From a virus (lineage: Duplodnaviria; Caudoviricetes): a stretch of DNA of 27,826 nucleotides. The DNA is taken from IMG/VR virus record IMGVR_UViG_3300010376_000695, positions 1 to 27,826 of that record; one strand, 5' to 3'. The notes beneath the pieces were generated by a model that saw only the letters and a program-made list of their open reading frames with translations, was not told where the DNA came from and ran no database searches. This document shows positions 25,418 through 27,826 of the stretch, in pieces; within the stretch, counting starts at the first letter, position 1, and each line of letters opens with the position of its first letter. Both the position numbers and the translations under genes were made by a program.

Positions 25418-25560
25418 TAACAATAGATGCTAGGAAATTGGTTTAAAAACTAGAAAATTTAGGGAGAGATGTTCCCCCCGCGGCAGCGCTCTGCGATTTT
25501 TGAGGACGACCCCTAGACGCTTAGGGATGGTCATCAGGCTAAGAGCAACTAGGTATAAGT

Positions 25561-25592
25561 ATGACAAGCATCATGCATGACACCTATCATGC
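25561..25592. promoter_or_regulatory. Tandem operator-like dyads ATGA-N6-TCAT
   Basis: ATGACAAGCATCATGC and ATGACACCTATCATGC (13/16 identical); their junction forms the palindrome TCATGCATGA. Confidence 0.5.
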
Positions 25593-25775
25593 ATCGCGTC
25601 CTATCATATCGAGCGCATGACTGTCAATACTTAGATAGCGGAGGCTGTTCACCCTATCAACGCGAATTAAACCGTTGCGCGTCTCATAGCATGGGACACT
25701 CAGGCAACTCGACCCCAAAATAGAGCATCTTACTAGCGTAAGCGGATTTTCGAAAGTGAGAAAGGAGCAGCTAGT

Positions 25776-26225
25776 ATGAAGTACGGGGAGCCAGCATTCA
25801 CGCCGGACGCTATCGTTTCTGAAGCCTCGCGGCTCAAACGGTACAGCGTCGAGCGGATAGCGGAACTGGAGAGCAAGATGGGAACGCAAGCATTTGTGCG
25901 CCATATGCTCGATCGATTCGCACTTCGCTGTGAGAACGGCGATATTCAGGAGCGCATCGCAACGAATACTGCGCCTATGGTTATGGCCGACCCCCAGGCA
26001 TGGGAGCAGACGATGCTCCCTGTTGTCACTGCTACGCTTCCTGCTCCTGCTATCACAGAGGGAGCAGACGCTCCTAAGCCATTGACCGAATGGCAGACTA
26101 GCGTATGGAATGTGCGTATGCCAAACAGCAAACCCGCGGCTAAGGTCGCGCAACCGTCCATCAGAGAGGACAAATCGCAATGGATACAATGGAACAGCAG
26201 GAAATCAGCGCAATGGAGCAGGTAG
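25776..26225 (+). CDS. Hypothetical protein (probable early gene)
   Basis: 149 aa, AAAGGAG SD, first gene on the opposite strand. Confidence 0.65.
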   Translation: MKYGEPAFTPDAIVSEASRLKRYSVERIAELESKMGTQAFVRHMLDRFALRCENGDIQERIATNTAPMVMADPQAWEQTMLPVVTATLPAPAITEGADAPKPLTEWQTSVWNVRMPNSKPAAKVAQPSIREDKSQWIQWNSRKSAQWSR

Positions 26226-26731
26226 AGACGCTCCGCAATCAGCTAGCAGCGGAGAGCCGCATTGTGCTCCTGCTTCAGAAACAGGTCGAGGAGCTTACGC
26301 TCCAGACTGTTTTACATTACCTGTCAGTAGAGCAGGTGGCAGCGATGAAGGGGAAACTGGCGAACAACAGCGATAAGGCCGAATGGCTTGCGATGGCTCC
26401 GGGCCAAGATATCGTCACGGCCTACTTCGTCGCGGGTGCGGTCAAGGAATCGAATGACCGGATTTTCAGCGTCTCGCGCAATTCGTACGTTTTTGAGATT
26501 CTGCGCGAGTATCAGCGGCTCATCCTGACCGATAACGAGGCAGTTCGGCTGCTTGCTGAGAACACGATTCTTGGAATCAAGAGACGCTGCGACGAGAAGC
26601 AGTGCGCGGTTCTGTGCACACTCGTGCGCAAGGAACTCCTTGCAGGCAAGACTGCCATGCCTCCCCAGATTCTGGGGGCATTCCTACAGCTTTGCGAGAC
26701 AATGGCAGTTGACCCGGAGACGCTGAAGTAG
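26180..26731 (+). CDS. Hypothetical helical protein with N-terminal coiled coil
   Basis: 183 aa; GAGGA upstream; protein-like composition. Confidence 0.65.
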   Translation: MDTMEQQEISAMEQVETLRNQLAAESRIVLLLQKQVEELTLQTVLHYLSVEQVAAMKGKLANNSDKAEWLAMAPGQDIVTAYFVAGAVKESNDRIFSVSRNSYVFEILREYQRLILTDNEAVRLLAENTILGIKRRCDEKQCAVLCTLVRKELLAGKTAMPPQILGAFLQLCETMAVDPETLK

Positions 26732-26888
26732 AAAGCGTCTCAGGCGAGAGAATGGACCGCTCCGGCGGTCCTATTCTTATATATGCGCGAGACTCTAGTC
26801 TCTCTAGCGGCTCTGCCGCGCTCTCGCGCTGTATATAAGGATAGTGAGTCTCTGCAAGTCTCTACTATTCTTTAGCGGCAATGCCGCT
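26717..26888 (+). promoter_or_regulatory. Highly structured intergenic region (four stem-loops)
   Basis: Stems at 26717-26741, 26754-26771, 26771-26844 (long, branched) and 26874-26888. Confidence 0.65.
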
Positions 26889-26897
26889 TGGAGAATT

Positions 26898-27095
26898 ATG
26901 TACCTTTACCAATGCAAGTTTTATCCGCGCACGGGATATGTCTCTGCTTTCTCTCTCGTGCATTGGTCATTCAAAGCTGAGAATTGGGAGCAAGCAATCC
27001 TCTTTGCTCACAGCTTTAGCGATGACACTCAAACTTTCCTGTGGGAGATTAAGGAATTCGCTCTCACTCAAGAGGCTAAAATCCATGAGTGCTAA
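26898..27095 (+). CDS. Small hypothetical protein (65 aa)
   Basis: The likely start is ATG 26898 (MYLYQCKF) with a GGAG SD. Confidence 0.55.
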   Translation: MYLYQCKFYPRTGYVSAFSLVHWSFKAENWEQAILFAHSFSDDTQTFLWEIKEFALTQEAKIHEC

Positions 27096-27204
27096 CACGC
27101 TCGCTCGAATCGACCGGGCCGCAGAGATTACTTTTGCGGCTTCGCTCTCACTCTTCTTAAACCTGTGGATTGTGATTATGTGGGCGGAATATGGCAGCCG
27201 CTAA
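27085..27204 (+). CDS. 39-aa single-pass membrane peptide
   Basis: MSANTLARIDRAAEITFAASLSLFLNLWIVIMWAEYGSR; GAGG upstream; short overlaps with both neighbours. Confidence 0.5.
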   Translation: MSANTLARIDRAAEITFAASLSLFLNLWIVIMWAEYGSR

Positions 27205-27616
27205 TCTCTCTCCTGAAATTCGCCGCAAAGTCTACGCTCTAGCGTCCTCTGGCATTTCCTTTGCCGAGGCGCTAGCGCGAGTCCTAAACTCTAGCTCTGA
27301 GAATTCTGCTCTCTCGAAAGAATGTGACGGCAAGGGCTGTAACAGCATGGCGCCGCTAGAGCGTCCTGTGCGCTCTCTGAGTGTATTCGAGGAAACTCTG
27401 GTCAGAAATACCGTGGAACATTTCCTCCCGCATTTTCGAGCCTTCTCGAAAATAGAGCAGGTTGCAATGCTTGAACTGTACGAAGCTATCCGAAATGAAT
27501 GTCTGGAAAAGCGGGTTACAGTCGAGTATAGGGAGCGCAATTCTGTTGTGAAACGGGACAAAGCTCCTAGCGAATTCGGATCGTCTCGTCGCGGGGGATT
27601 TAAAGGGAGGAGATAG
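27191..27616 (+). CDS. Hypothetical protein, possible N-terminal HTH
   Basis: LSPEIRRKVYALASSGISFAEALARV resembles the start of an HTH; basic C-terminus. Confidence 0.5.
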   Translation: MAAANLSPEIRRKVYALASSGISFAEALARVLNSSSENSALSKECDGKGCNSMAPLERPVRSLSVFEETLVRNTVEHFLPHFRAFSKIEQVAMLELYEAIRNECLEKRVTVEYRERNSVVKRDKAPSEFGSSRRGGFKGRR

Positions 27617-27826
27617 CATTCTCCTCCCTGCTTTTTCCGGGGCATACGGGTGTCCACTCTCTGGGTGACTCGGAAACTGCTGAATTCAGGTGGTTTAGAG
27701 GGTTACAACCACCTTACCCAATATTTTTTTAAAACGACCATGCCTCACCTGTGGCCTGTGGAAAACTAGGGGATATCTCTCTGCTATCTTCTCTCTCACT
27801 ATAGTATTTCTCTTCTGCTTTTCTTC

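Noticed and set aside
25603-25627. Second minus-strand sigma70 promoter (TTGACA ... TATGAT)
   Set aside because: The spacer is only 13 nt.
25587-26189. 200-aa minus-strand ORF (also 27232-27657)
   Set aside because: Antisense to plus-strand genes with better start signals; the R/S/C-rich composition is typical of shadow frames.
27757-27765. DnaA-box-like TGTGGAAAA
   Set aside because: A single match near the window edge is expected by chance; more sequence is needed.
1-27826. Stop-codon reassignment, given frequent TAG stops and CTAG
   Set aside because: Genes are full length and tightly packed in the standard code, and TAG stops are followed by SD and start signals of the next gene.

Overview
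This window is part of a tailed dsDNA phage genome with a podovirus-type layout. No integrase, host housekeeping genes, RNA genes or CRISPR arrays are visible. A roughly 25 kb minus-strand morphogenesis operon runs in this order: leader ORF, putative terS, Ig-like protein, HExxE protein, basic peptide, terL, portal, scaffold, decoration protein, major capsid, Zn-finger, minor virion proteins, a PEP-CTERM-like exported protein, nozzle, adaptor, ejection proteins, a 52-aa peptide, a PurD-like ATP-grasp ligase and a signal-peptide-bearing fibre-like protein cut by the window edge. A repeat-rich non-coding region (about 25080-25775) separates this operon from small plus-strand genes, probably early genes. 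The most unusual signals are: (i) two Sec-exported proteins inside the virion operon; (ii) a divergent ATP-grasp ligase directly downstream of an unannotated Lys-rich peptide; (iii) a CCC-TAG shifty stop in a 239-nt overlap that could fuse two ejection proteins; (iv) a leader ORF whose stop codon lies inside a strong terminator ahead of the late operon; and (v) recurring GNA-triloop hairpins and branched palindromes. The style of the PEP-CTERM-like tail suggests, by inference only, an Acidobacteriota-like diderm host. All product calls come from motif recognition and gene order; no database searches were run.
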